Positions 24,125 to 37,262 of a stretch of DNA of 64,000 nt are shown one piece after another; position 1 is the stretch's first letter; each line of letters opens with the position of its first letter. The notes under the pieces were generated by a model. The model had not been told where the DNA came from. It did not search any database and saw only the letters and a list, made by a program, of their open reading frames with translations. This DNA comes from Podarcis melisellensis (Eukaryota), in the NCBI GenBank assembly GCA_964234715.1, contig OZ174275.1. The stretch is one strand, 5' to 3'. Position numbers and translations under genes: made by a program.

Positions 24125-27100
24125 AGTTCTGGGACCATGCGTCAATGACATAAATCAGTGGGCAATGCCTTGGTCTGACGGCACTGTCCCCAATATAGAT
24201 AGAAAAAGACCACAAAACAGCTATAAAATACAAAGTTTTTTTAAAAGATCCAAGGGCAGCTACATCAGTCCACCCAAAAAATTAAAACACCAAATCAGTT
24301 AAAACTAATTCAAATATGTTTTCAAGGCAGCTTGCAGGCCAGAGGCCTGTATAAATAAAAATGTTTTTGCCTGCTCCTCCTAAACTGAAAGCTAAGCCAA
24401 GTGTTCATTCCCCACCAACAATTTTTTGCAAATCCCCTAAAGCAGACATGACAAGGCTGTCAGTCATTTTTCACTTCTTTTACATATAAAATGGAACGGT
24501 CTTACATTTGACGGGGGATAGGGGACACAATAATGTATTTACAACAGTTCAAGAGATTTCTATGTGAAGACTAGTGTCCAGACAAGACCTTTTGTGGCTA
24601 TATGTGGGGTCCTGTTTTCTGTGATGCCCACCTCCTTACCAACTCTCAACTTGCCACTGTGCTAGGTATAATCACCCTCACATAAGAGCTATCTTCTGAT
24701 CTGGTCCTCTCCATAATGCCAGCAAGAGGTATTCTTCTATTTTGTGTGAGTAGCCTACATGCCAGGGCCCTATATAAAAGCAGGCCATCAGATAACGGAA
24801 TGTGATGCAGAGGAAGAGCTCTCATCACAGAGAATGGCTGGCTAAGCAGCAGCACATACGGCACCATGAAAGTGCAACTAGTAAAGGGTGCAGAGCAAGG
24901 AGGGAAAAGAGGGCTTGGGTGCACTTGCAGAGATCCTCTCCACATGCATATGGAAGGTTTTATGGACCAGGGAAGGGCAAATTTGTCTATGTCCTGCCTA
25001 TTTCATTCACAAACTCATTCCTGCTTTAAAATGCTATTTGCTTTTAAACAATCTGCCAAACGTATTTGTATTAACTTAACATATTTTATCTCACTGTGTG
25101 CATTTCTAAACATGTTTTATCCTAAAATAACTCAATTGGTTTGTTGTTGCTGAGCCAAGAACTACAACACAAAATTTGGAGAAATACAAACTCCAAAGGA
25201 TAATTAGTCCAAGCTGCAAGGAAATATAGACCAGGCTAGTTCACACTGGAATTCACAGAAACTGAATTGTAGCTGCACCCCGAGATACCTTTAATTTATA
25301 AATCACTTTCTCAAAAATGAGACTAAAGGCAACTCAACTATTAACTATTACAATACTTAACTATATTAACCCTTCTTGAGCAATGCACTAGTATCGCACA
25401 AATTTATGGTTGAGTAGCACATAAAGCAAGGTAAGAAAAGATCTCCTGCATTGAAGCAACTCTTGCAAAGCTCCCTTGCGAAGGCATTGCACCATCAGTG
25501 GCCTTGAAAAACGAAGGCATTTTCAAAATAAATACTCAGTCTGGAATGCAGAATACTATAGTACATGTTTACAAATTATTCCTTGGCACAAAACTGGAAG
25601 CAAGAAGAATTACCAATGAAAGAAGAATGGAGGATGAAATTGATGGGACTATGCAGAATTAGATAAACTAACAGGAAGGATTTGAAACCTGCAGGACCAG
25701 AGATTCTCAGAAGACTGGAGTAAATTTATGGATTATTTGAAAAGTAATTGTGATGAACAGATTACGCTAGTAGGTTTGCAAGAAGTTTTGTAAGGTGAAT
25801 TATTTGAAACATTGCAAAAAAGATAATGAGGAGAATTATTAGTTAAAGATAATTAAAGGTAATATGAAATTAAGAAATGCATAATAAGGGATAAGAACGG
25901 AAAATCATCAGAGGTCTTGACGGAAGTCCAAAAAATATTGTATAAGGTGTGAAGTTCTCTTGTATGAATGTTAATTAAAATGATAAAAACTAATAAAAAA
26001 TACATTAAAAAACCCAAACTATTCCAAATTATTCTGAAACGATGGGGAGCAAATATCCTAAATGACAATATATCTATATAGCAGATTTCCTATTGATTTT
26101 AAATGAAATGATTTTAAATTGCATTCTGTATGAACAACACACAAACCTCCTTTGTACAGTACCACAATAACTAGACTCACAAATATGAGTCCGCTTATTT
26201 TTGTTTGGCTTGTTATTTCAACCATTATTTGTGGCTGCCATGCCAGGAAGCACTATGCAGGGTGTTTTCTCTTCCTGGTGAGGTTTCCTAGGGCCTTTGG
26301 GAAGGAGCCTAGTGACTATCTTGTTCTCAGTGTACATTACAGGGGCACTGCAAGCAGATTTAGTGGATCCCATTTATAGAGCCATTGACCACATAATAGC
26401 AGATTCAAAACAAATGCACAGATCGACTTGCATGGACAGCTATCTGTAGGTAAACACTTCAATGAAATTGCCGTTACCATGCTTCTACAACCTCTCAAGA
26501 AAGTTGGTGATGGTACAACTCAGTTTGGTGAGTTCCAGAGAGGACACATAGCCATGTGGTAGCTTACCTCACCTAGTAAGGCATGGTTGGAACGCAAGAG
26601 ACATAGTGATGGACAAACAGAAAGTGCCTAACACTGCGGGCCAACCCAGAGACAGGAACAATCTACATACACGCAGGAAGGACTTGAAGATGTTTCTACT
26701 GCCGCTGGTGTTGCAGATTGACGTTGCTTTTAAATCCCTCAAGTTAATAAAAAAACCAACCAACTCTCCCCCACCTCACTTTATTCTTAGATGGAATTGA
26801 TAAGAACTTGATATAAACCTTGTACATAATTATATATCTTCAAGATCCTTGAAGAAATGACACTAGAATAAGTGTGTGTGTTTGGGCGGGGGGTGAAGAT
26901 ACCTTTTCAAAAAGCAGAAAATTTGTTGCATCAAAAAACCAGAAAACAAAGAAAGCGCCTGAATACTAAAACCCACACTACATCCACTCCCTGTTTTGCC
27001 TTCTGTGACGTAGTCAGTGACCTGATGAAGTGTATTGTCCTAAAGGGATGACGTCTACTGCAGGATGCAATCTGGTGGACATTGTGTTGTGGTTAGCTGG

Positions 27101-27689
27101 GAGCACTGAGCTAGGACCAGGTTCAAACCTCCTCTCAGGCATGGACTTCCCTGGGTGGGGACGGGATGAAATTTGGGCAGGCAGAGGAAGATTGGCAAAA
27201 CGACATAATTTCGCCTTGCGCTTCCTTTTATGCGCAACGGTGGGATATAAATACAAACAGCAGGCAAGAAGAAACCTTCATTCCTGGCTTTGATGTAGAC
27301 AAGCTACTTCCTGAACCGGATGGTCTTTGAACCAGCCAATTTGGGCTGTCCCAAGTTCAGGTTTGGCTGGTTAGAGGAAGAGGTGTCGGGGGGTGTGTGT
27401 GTCTGGAAAAAGGACAGATTCCCTGAGCCTTGTCTTGGTTCTCGACCTGGCGATTCAGCTGCTTGCAGGGGGTTGGACTAGATGACCCTTGGGGTCCCCC
27501 CTCCCAACCCTACAACTCTCTCTGCGAAAACATGTGTCGTTCTCTCCGGCTTGACAGGAGGGCAAGGAGCAGCAAGCACCCTTTACAAAAGTAGCGCTGT
27601 CTAGACGGGGGTGGCATGAGAATCACCCCTAAGGCTGACTGTCGGTCTGTCTGTCTGTCTCCCTCTGACTGGCAGGCGTCAGGAGCCAC

Positions 27690-28190
27690 TCAACTCCGTC
27701 ACCATAAACCAGGAGAGGCAGGAGGGGCGCGGGGAAGGCAGCTGCCTATTAGGTATAGATAGACATATAGATATATGGGAGCCCCCCGCCCCCTCTGCTG
27801 CCGCTGCTGCATCCCCTCCGAAGCGCCCTCCCCGCTGGCCGGCTGCAGCCCCGCCGCGGCCGAGTCCCGCTCCCTCTCCGCCCGCCCCGCCGCAGGCACG
27901 CCGAGCTCTCTACTCACTCTGCCTCCGCCATCTTCTCCCTCCCCTGCCTGCTTGCTAGTCTCCGCCTCCCGCGTCTTCTCTAACCCGGCAGCGGGCTCGC
28001 CTTGCCGACGACGACGACGACACCTGACTCGGGGCAAAGCCGCTTCCGCCGAGCCGCGGAGGCTGCAGGGAAGTCCGGGGCCCGAGAGGCCGCCGGGACC
28101 GGGAGACCGGGCAGCGGGGTGGTGGTGGGTGCTGCCGGCTGCCTCCCAGACCGACGACGAGAAGTGGGGGGGTGGGCGCCTCACAATATG
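27690..28190. promoter_or_regulatory. CpG island / INSIG2 promoter
   Basis: Very GC- and CpG-rich against a CpG-depleted background; GC boxes (CCGCCC), ETS-like GGAAG and YY1 motifs. Confidence 0.85.
27918..28100 (-). other. INSIG2: Probable non-coding first exon of INSIG2 (3' end defined, TSS approximate)
   Basis: Consensus donor AGA|GTGAGT at 27917 inside the CpG island, preceded by the YY1/Kozak-like AAGATGGCGG. Would give a 9182-nt intron 1. Confidence 0.6.
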
Positions 28191-31100
28191 CAAGGATTGA
28201 GCTTTGTGCGCTTCCTAATAAATTTGGGTTGCGAGTTGGTTTGCTTGCTTGAGTGTGGAGAGAGAAGAAGTTCCAGTCAATTCTTCCATCATCATCATCA
28301 TCATCATCATTATTATTATTAGACAGATATGCTTCAAACCAAGTAGGAAAGAGGGGTTGTTTCTGCGTTTGGGTCCTGTCGCATTTTCTGAGCCATGCCT
28401 ACACTGCAAATTTAAATTGCTGCGCAGGGAAATAGCGGGTTAGATTTATAACTGGTCTTCTGTTTTCAGACTTAAGTGTTTGCTATTCTGTGTATATTTT
28501 TACCTGGATTTGGATGCAACAGAATACGCTCCTTTGCACATAGTGGTCTATCGTTGGACCATTAATTGTTTGCTAAAAGTAAAAGTTAGCAATGGTATCT
28601 ATATTTAAAACATAGCTAACAGCAGTGCTGTAGCCGGCTCTTTTTTTTTTCCTTCCCCCCCCCCCCCTTGGCAGACCCCTTGAGAGAAGTATGGTAGCTT
28701 TTCCTTCATCACATCAGCATCTTCACAAGCATAATTGCTGCTTGGCCAGCTGTTGTTAAAACTCCTAAGGGCCCTGCCTGGAAAAATGAAATAAAATAGC
28801 AAGCTTAAAATGTTTATAATAAAATAGAAATAGAAATCAAAGTAAGTTGTATAATGTGACACAAAACTGCATTGTGCTGTATTTGTAAATTCATCAGAAT
28901 AATAAAGAGCAACTACCAATTGGATAATTGTTCTCCATTACTTGTGCAGCTCTTTACAGTTTCTTTACAGTATTATCCCACCCCAAGGACAACTGTTCAG
29001 TATTCCCCCTTTTAAAAGAAAAACTAGGGCTGTAGGTTTAATTGATTGACAAATTAAATCCATTTAAAGAAATCTGTCATGCAAAAACAATTACCAGTGG
29101 ATGCCTACAATAGTGAAGATTGGTTATTTATGGTTCTGGCTACTACTGTATTTCATTTGACCTGTCTGTAGATTTATTGCAGGATAAGAGAATTCCTTTC
29201 CTAAGGTGGAGTGACCTTTTCTGGTGAAGATAAGCTTTCTTGCACATCACTCCTGCCTGAGGCTAGAGACTCTCACACATGTAATAAGTACACCTCAGAA
29301 TCTTAATTCAGGAGATGTGTGCCTTTTCCAGGTACTGCTACTATTTGATTGCTTAACTGAGTGGAGTTATAGTGGAACAGTTGTCTCGGAGCCCGTTCAC
29401 GGCGCTTCCCAGATGTGATCTTACACAGTTCCACAATTTTGTGTATGAAGGAAGCGTATATCAAGGATGGGACACTGTATGGATTGCACCAAGAAGAAGT
29501 GACTCTTGCCACTGCAAGTACATATGAATTCTGCCACAGACACCAGGACAAATAGGGCTGCCATATTCCCCCCTGCATGAAACTCTTTGCTGCATAACAT
29601 GCCGAAACCAACAGGTGCATCTTATTCTAGATTGTGATGGATTGCTGGAAAATACTTGTGGTGAATTTTGCCTGTGTTGCATTTATTCAAGTAAAATAGA
29701 TGACAGCCTTACAAGTGTGAACAGCTTTTGTGAGAGTGTGGCTGGAGTAGATTTGGCACAGTTGGGTGTCATTCATCAGAGGGGCAGGCCATTGGCTGAG
29801 ATGCAACTGGTCTAAGGGTCAGGAGATCAAACTGAGCCAAGTTGAGGTAGCAGGTTCAAGGAACACAGTCAAACCCAGGAGTTAGCAATAGAGCCTGCAG
29901 TAGCAGTCAGGCATCAAAACAGTAGGGTGGCAATGGTAACCAGCCTCATAGGCCTGTAGATTGCTGCAGTGACATGCCCACTGTGGCACAATGCAAGTAT
30001 TTTAACACTTCAGTGCTAGCTGCTTCCCTAATGGCTTTATGGCCCTCAATTCTTCAGTAAACTAGGGGGTTCGGGCTCCCTGGCACACAGGGACAAGTCA
30101 TGAAGCAAGACACACTTGCAAAGGTGACCTAGCCATAGCTACCTGACTTTTGAGCAGGTCATTTTATCTGTCAGTGACAAAATAATAAATTTATATTTTC
30201 TGCCAGATTTTTAGACTGCCCTTCCACCATAGATAGTGACCTTATCACAATTTCCAACAGAAAACAGATCCTATTTAACAGAAAAGAACCGTAAGACTAC
30301 TTCAGCCTGATCATTAGTAAAATGCAGCAGTGCAGACAACCCTCAAAACGTTAAACCCATTTACTAATTTCCTCCAAAGGCTTTCAAGAGCAAAGTTTTC
30401 CTGGTTACGCAACAGACTTTGGTAAAGGGGGTACACTTGAGGCCCTTTGAAGTAGTCTGTGTGAAAAAACAGAATATAGTGTTTGGGGCAAGGGAATTGA
30501 GTTTGAGTGAGGGCACAGAAAATAGCAATGTGTTGATCTTGGGGTGGGGGGACGGTGACATTTCCACTGAAGCAGCATAGCACATTGACACAGAAGAACA
30601 ACAAGTTAGTCTTTTTACACAGGCCACAGAATAAATAAAAGAAATGAAGGCAATAGTGGATTCGTTCCTGGGAAATTTGTTTCTGGGTAAAGTAAACAAG
30701 ATAACAAAAAGTTAGGTTAACTTTAGGCAGGATGAGTGCCACACTGTATATTTGCAGGGACATCAGAGTGGTTCTGCCTTCAACTCTACATGAGATTGCT
30801 GTAGCAAGATTTCTACCTTTCTGTGGGATTATCCTTGGTAGCAGAGTGGTACATAAAAGACAATGGGAGGTCTTCAGTGCCTCAAGAGTTCTGCTTCTAA
30901 GGGCATTAGTGTGGGAGTATCTGATTGCATTTGGGGGCCTCCTGCATACTCCTTCTCAACAGCCTGTCGGTCCCTTTCGGAGTGGGCCAGCTTCATTTGT
31001 ACAAACTCTCACAGCTTATTTGCCATTGAAATTAGCTGCAGTTCAGCCCTCCTAAGACAATGTTTCAAAATTGGTAGGAGAATGAGGTTGCTTGCGCTAT

Positions 31101-32924
31101 CCTCACTCCCAACCTCCACATGTTCAGATGAAAATCTGCGTAAAGCAGTGTTCTTCAGCCTTGGAGTTCCCACAGGCTGTTGGGACTCCAGGGACGATGG
31201 GAGTTGTAGTTAACAATATCTGAGGAGGACCTAAGGTTGAAAACCAGTGGCATAGACAGCTGGCAGGGTTGGCCCAATGGCCCAAGACCCTTAGCTACCT
31301 GAGATGAAGGTATGCAGTTGACTAGACTGCAGTAGGAGACACACGAGCACTGAAATTTAAGTAGGAGAAACCTAGCTCTAGATTTGCATTGTGGAATAAT
31401 CAAAACGTGAACTCTACTATTTGTCTTCATCATACTTCATTGGGTATTGCATCATAATTCTAAAAAGCATTTGTATGGTGTCAGTCAGACTTAAAAAGCG
31501 TCCCCAGGCAGTTTACAATATTAGAATAGTGTTACAATTAAAACCCATAAAACGTCAAAGCAAGCCAATAAAATGACTTCACATGCAGGTAAGAATTAAA
31601 ATGCAGCAAACGCTTGGCAGAATAAAAATGGCAGGTTACAACAGTCCTAACCCCACCGATCTGCTGGCTGCAGGAGGTTAAGACTGAGCCGAGGCACCTC
31701 TGGCAGCAGAGGAGAATGCCTACAGATATCTCTATGGACCTAAAGATACCACTGATGTGGGACATTCCAGGGTGGGATGGAGGTGCCTTCATTTATCGGG
31801 AATGGGTTCCCCCTGTACACCAGCCCAGAAGTGGCACAACCATTTCTTCCCTTACTAGTACCGGGGGTGGGGGGCATAAGAAAATACTGATAGCTGTACA
31901 AAGGGAAGGGAGCAAGTTCAACGCCCACTCCCCAGTGCGCAGACACTTCCATTGCCTCCCCACCATGACCTGATGTGGCTTTAGAAGGGACTACCTGCCA
32001 CTTCACACATGCACATACTGAGGATTGCACTGATAATCTACAATCCAATATATGTTTACCTGGGACTGATGGAACTTATTGGCACTTCTGAATAGACATG
32101 TATAATAGAACTGTACTGTTAACCTCCACCCCACCCCACCGGGGGGAAATCGCCAATGAAGGTGTCAGTCTAACCTCCCTTGAAAGGCGGTATCAGTCTG
32201 AACATTTTTACTTTTAGCCTATAATTAAATATACTGTATGCTGTAAAGCCACACAGTTATTAAAATATCTATCCTTGTTCCTTTGAATAGCACAGTTTGA
32301 ATATGTCCTTCCTGCTGGATATTCAGAATTTGGCATGCAACATTGGGTGGGGGGCGGGAATGCAAGTGTTGCTTGTTTAAATGCAGCTCTTGTAAACATT
32401 CAGCCTTTTAATTGCTGCCAAATCTTAAAGGAAACTATAAGAACCAGAATAGCTGTACCAATGCGTATGCAAAAGGGTTGTAATCAAAGCTGGTAATGTC
32501 CAGCGTGTAGGAACATGGTTGTGCATAAAGGGAGACAGCACACGGCTAACAGTTCCAGCAACTCGGCAAGAGTGCAGCCTACAAGAGATAAGTCATATAA
32601 AATTGGTTTTTCAACGAGGCTGACATGTTAGAGAGTAAAGATAAAGAAACAGCTGTAGCATCAAATCATCAGCTCACATCACCAGCTATAGAGGTAGAAT
32701 ACACAATTTGAGTTGCATTGACTTATTTTATCATTTATGAAAGATTGCCGGATAGTCAGTTGGAAATACTAGAGTTCTTTGTTTATCTGTAGGCCAGGCA
32801 TTAGTCATGCACACCTCACCCTTTTCTGATCATGCAACCTGTGTTTAATTTCATATTTGGAATCCTCTCAAATCCACACCCATTAATTTTTATTGTTAGT
32901 TTGTCTTGCTACTTATATCCTGCC

Positions 32925-32925
<1 letters not shown>

Positions 32926-32988
<63 letters not shown>
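32926..32988. repeat. (GATA)n microsatellite
   Basis: Seen directly. Confidence 0.95.
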
Positions 32989-33417
32989 TCAGGAAGCATA
33001 GGCAGGTTATTCACACAGGTTTAGCTGATGAATAAACACAGCCAGCCAAAGATATTTTTGGCACCCCTCCCCATCAGGGAAAAAAGGGTGAGTAATGATC
33101 TACATTGGGATCTAGTGGGGAATAAAGATCTACATTGGGATCTACTGCCTGTGGTTCCTGCCATCTGAGGCAGCTTGCCTCACAGGTGGGTTGGCCCTGT
33201 GAATAAACGTGCACCTGGCTTGACCTACACCTCCCTAATCACAAAGAAATGTGTTAATGGGGCCCTCAGGTTTGGGGACAGGGTGACCCAGGAGAGGACA
33301 TTCTTTCTGGTAGCCCTAAATTGTGGAATTCACTGCCCACAGTGGAGTTTCTTGTGTTTTTAATATTCTGTTAGGGGCCATTGAGAGTGCTTGGGGCAAC
33401 CCAATCAGATGGGCAGC

Positions 33418-33458
<41 letters not shown>
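33418..33458. repeat. (AAT)n microsatellite (likely LINE tail)
   Basis: Seen directly. Confidence 0.9.
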
Positions 33459-34972
33459 TCCTTCATTTACAGCCTTCCCTCTGTGCTCAAGATGCACCTC
33501 TTTAGCCTGGCCTTTCATAGTTGAGAGAGATATTTTTAGGAGACATGTGACTGCGATTTGTTTTAAACTATTCTCAATATTGCATTTTATATTGCTATAG
33601 CCTGCCCTGCAACTTTCTGGTGAAGAGTAAGTAGCTAACAACAACAACCAATGTAGGTTAACACTGCATGAGATCAGGCTGCCTACCTCCTGTAATCAAA
33701 ACTTGAAAATAAATAAATACCAGCAAATGGAGCAAAGAAACAAATGGGTGCTTCTTGAGTCTGCCATTCTAGGTTGAGCTGTGTCACAGCTGCACAATTT
33801 AAGCTGAACCAAGCTGAACACCCTGGGTGGTGCTCTTGCACAATTCCCATTCACTGAAATCCAAGTTGCTCAGAAGAACTTCCATCAGACAACTCCTTTT
33901 GTTTTGTAAAGAAAATCTCCACTTAGACAAATAGAAGTAATTGGGCATCTTTCGCCACCAAGAAAAATATTTCTTGATTTATTGGGGCGAGGGGATAACT
34001 AGCACCGTCATCGAGAATATTCCGTTAAGAATGAAACGTACACGTTTAATAAGCTTAAAGAGCCTATTCAATTCAAAGCCACGAAAGCCACTGTTATCTA
34101 AAACCCTTACCAGGTTTCGGCTTGGGAGCAGTCACTGAAAAAGCACAAATTAATAAATGGAGATAAATGTAGGGTTATAGGCAAATGTCATGTCATAGAT
34201 TTACCTACCAACAAGACACTGGCAAGGTTTAGGTCAGGGGTTAATGAAAGACATCCAAAGGTCATTTGGTGATTATATGAGAGCATGGGTTTAATAGGGT
34301 GCCGAGACGACAGACACTGACAGAAGATTTATACCAGAGGTGATGACACTACTACGGATACTGCTGATAAAAAGAGCCCCAATATTGGACTGAACAGAAT
34401 GATGAATGGCACCCCCGTCTATTCACACTTCTCATTATAAGCTCTTTCACTCTTGGTGGCACTTAGCTGCATTTATTTACTGTGCTTTGAAGGTGCAGGG
34501 CAATAGCCCAGTATATCTAATGTGTTTAAATGGAGACTTGCCATAAAAAAAAAAAAAAATGAAACAAGAGATAAGATTAGGCCATTGAATAATTGCACAG
34601 CTTTCCTGCAGAGATTATATTCACTAGCGCTAACATTATTTTTTTCCCCTCCTAATGTTCTGAGTTGTGAGGAGAGCTCAAGTGAATTAATTTTCTAAGG
34701 CAGAAGGTCAAAGGAAAATAAACTGATAAGCATTATGCCTGCTATAGAATATGACTTTACAATATTCCCTCACCCTCAATTGTCAGATAGCGGCTACGAG
34801 ATAATACGCTAAAAGTATATAAGCATATTTTTCACTGCGCCATATGTGCAGTTTGGCTTGTCCTTGGATGCTGTTTTTCTTTGTGTGCCTTGGCAAAGGG
34901 GAAGATCAAAGAAGTCAAAATGTCAAATAATGAAAATAATGATAAAAAAACAACTTTGAGAACTGAACTGGG

Positions 34973-34977
<5 letters not shown>

Positions 34978-35008
<31 letters not shown>
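34978..35008. repeat. (GT)n microsatellite; another at ~44774-44800
   Basis: Seen directly. Confidence 0.95.
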
Positions 35009-35010
<2 letters not shown>

Positions 35011-35639
35011 ATATAAGACCTGATGAATAACACACAGTGTCCCAAGAAACTCCTTTTCAAGTAGCTATGTATTTATCAAACTGCTGGAGTGTGTCGTCTG
35101 TGAATAAGACCTATCAGCTTTCCAGGAAAAGGAACACTAGGAAGAGTCATAAGTACTGCAAATGACCAGCCTTACAAAAAGATTACTTGTTTAGCAAATT
35201 GGATTTCTATCCTGCTGGCTCAGGGCAGGTAACACAGCACTACAACCGACACTCAGTACAGTAAAGCTGACAAATTAAAACTCTAAATATTTTTTAAACA
35301 GAATTTAAATTATCCTAAACCAGCTTAACCCCAATCATCAAAAGGCTGGGATTCCTTCAAGATACATAGGCTTGCCCTTTGATATGTGTGTATGGGAAGA
35401 GTATCCCGCTGTTGTGAAAAGGCAAAAAATAAGTTATATTTCAGGCTGAAGACAAGATGATAAGTATCCCCACCCCCACCAGAAAGCTGAAGTGGAATAG
35501 AATCTTAAGGTGTTAACGTTTATTCCACTGTCGTCTCTGGTGAATAGGTTTTGCAAGTTTCTAATAGCGCTTCAAAACCCTGCACAACCTATTCAACAAG
35601 CGACAGGGGTGGGGTAAAGAAATTAATAAATTGAGCACA

Positions 35640-36022
35640 GCATGGATAATGTGCTATCATCTTCAGCTAAAAAAGGAAGTACTTCTTGCAGTGCACAGTG
35701 AAAATTTGGGATACTCTGCCACAGGAGTAGTGATGGCTGGTGGTCACCAGCATGGATGACTTTAAAAGAGATAAATTCATTGAGAAGAAGGCTGTCAATG
35801 GCTATGAGTCAGGACGTCTGTGAACTGCATTCAGTATCAGAGGCAATATGCCTGGAGATCATGAGAGGAAGAATGGAAGGAACACAGCCGGACAGGGTGC
35901 TGTTGCGCTCATGCCCTGCATGCAGGCCTTCCCTGGGCATCAGGTTGGCCACTGTGAGCACAGGATGGTAGACTAGATGGGCCTTGGGTCAGATCCAACA
36001 GAGCTCTTCCTATGTTCTTATG
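35640..36022 (+). mobile_element. Old CR1-type 3' fragment; minus-strand relatives at ~45625-45890 and ~58872-59105
   Basis: GACTAGATGGGCC...GATCCAACAGAGCTCTTCCTATGTTCTTATG tail. Confidence 0.55.
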
Positions 36023-36462
36023 TTGAAACTATTGTGTTTTTTCAGTGCTTTTGCGAAATTGCAAACCAATTGGAATGAATGCTCTCCACATAGCCAACAT
36101 TGTCTAATTTCCGTGCCTAATAAAAAATAAAAGAAGATCATTATGAATGGTCAATATGCAGGTTGTCTGGAGACATCCCTAATTTATCATTCCTCGGAGG
36201 CAGTGGCACCACTCTTTATAGTTATGGTTTAAGAGGCAGAGTTGGGAAACAAAACAAAATGACCAGGGGTGCTTTAGTTGTGATTCCTATATTGAAATGG
36301 TTGGGAATAGATGTCCCTCAGGGACCAACTCTACACACATGTGATTCTATGAGAACTAGGATTTGGTCATTGTTAAGAGGTATTAGAGCCAGGAACCCCA
36401 AAATTCATAAAACCAAATACTCCGTTACCCTATGTTAAAAGCCATTGGGGCTAGAGGTCTTG

Positions 36463-36863
36463 AGTATGTTTCCGAGCACAATTCAAAGTGTTGGTGCTGA
36501 CCTTTAAAGCCCCAAACAGCCTCGGTCCAGTATCCATGAAGGAGCATCTCCACCCCCAATGTTCTGCCCGGATGCTGAGGTCCAGTGCTGAGGGCCTTCT
36601 GGCGGTTCCCTCGCTGTGAGAAGCCAAGTTACAGGGAACCAGGCAGAGGGCCTTCTTGGTAGTGGCACCCACCCTGTGGAATGTCCTCCCTCAGATGTCA
36701 AAGAGAACAACAACTACCAGACTTTTAGAAGACATCTGAAGGCAGCCCTGTTCAGGGAAGTTTTAAATGTGTGACATTTTAATGTATTTTTAATCTTTGT
36801 TGGAAACCGCCCAGAGTGGGTGGGTACAAATAATAAATTATTATTACTATTATTATTATTATT
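36463..36863 (+). mobile_element. L2-clade LINE 3' fragment
   Basis: Highly similar to 42851-43123 plus tail; (ATT)n end. Confidence 0.85.
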
Positions 36864-37084
36864 AAGTGTTATCTGGGCTGTAGAGTGTTCACTGTGTTCT
36901 AAAGTGGACTTCCCAATGGCCTCCCCTGATCGGGAAGAAATAGATAGAACACCAGCTTGCTTGCCTATTCATATCGTGGCTTCGGCCACAGGTGCATTAC
37001 CAGGCTCAAATGCAATTACATCATTCTTTTTCTTAATTCAGATCAAAGCAGGTTAGGAGGAAATGCGTCCAGAGCCAGTGAGAG

Positions 37085-37262
37085 TCAGTGCAGTGCAGTG
37101 CTTAGTGTGCTGGACCTGGGGCATCAGGGTTCAAATCCCCACTCAGCCTAACCTACGTCACAGAGTTGCTGTGGGGATGAACTGAGGAAGGGCAGAACCA
37201 TGTTTGCCACCATGAGCTCCTTATTGGGGAAGGGAGGATAAAAAAGCAATAAATAACAAATA
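37085..37262 (+). mobile_element. Old CORE/MIR-like SINE
   Basis: B box GGGTTCAAATCCC and A-rich tail. Confidence 0.5.

Noticed and set aside
28015-28030. Alternative INSIG2 exon 1 donor CAG|GTGTCG
   Set aside because: Poor intronic consensus compared with GTGAGT at 27917; not excluded, but not supportable.
27699-28322. 106-164 aa ORFs on both strands over the CpG island
   Set aside because: Low-complexity Ala/Arg/Pro/Gly products expected from stop-poor GC-rich DNA.
35015-35055. Possible additional hammerhead (CTGATGA...GAAAC)
   Set aside because: No stem II closing onto the core and no stem I complementarity.
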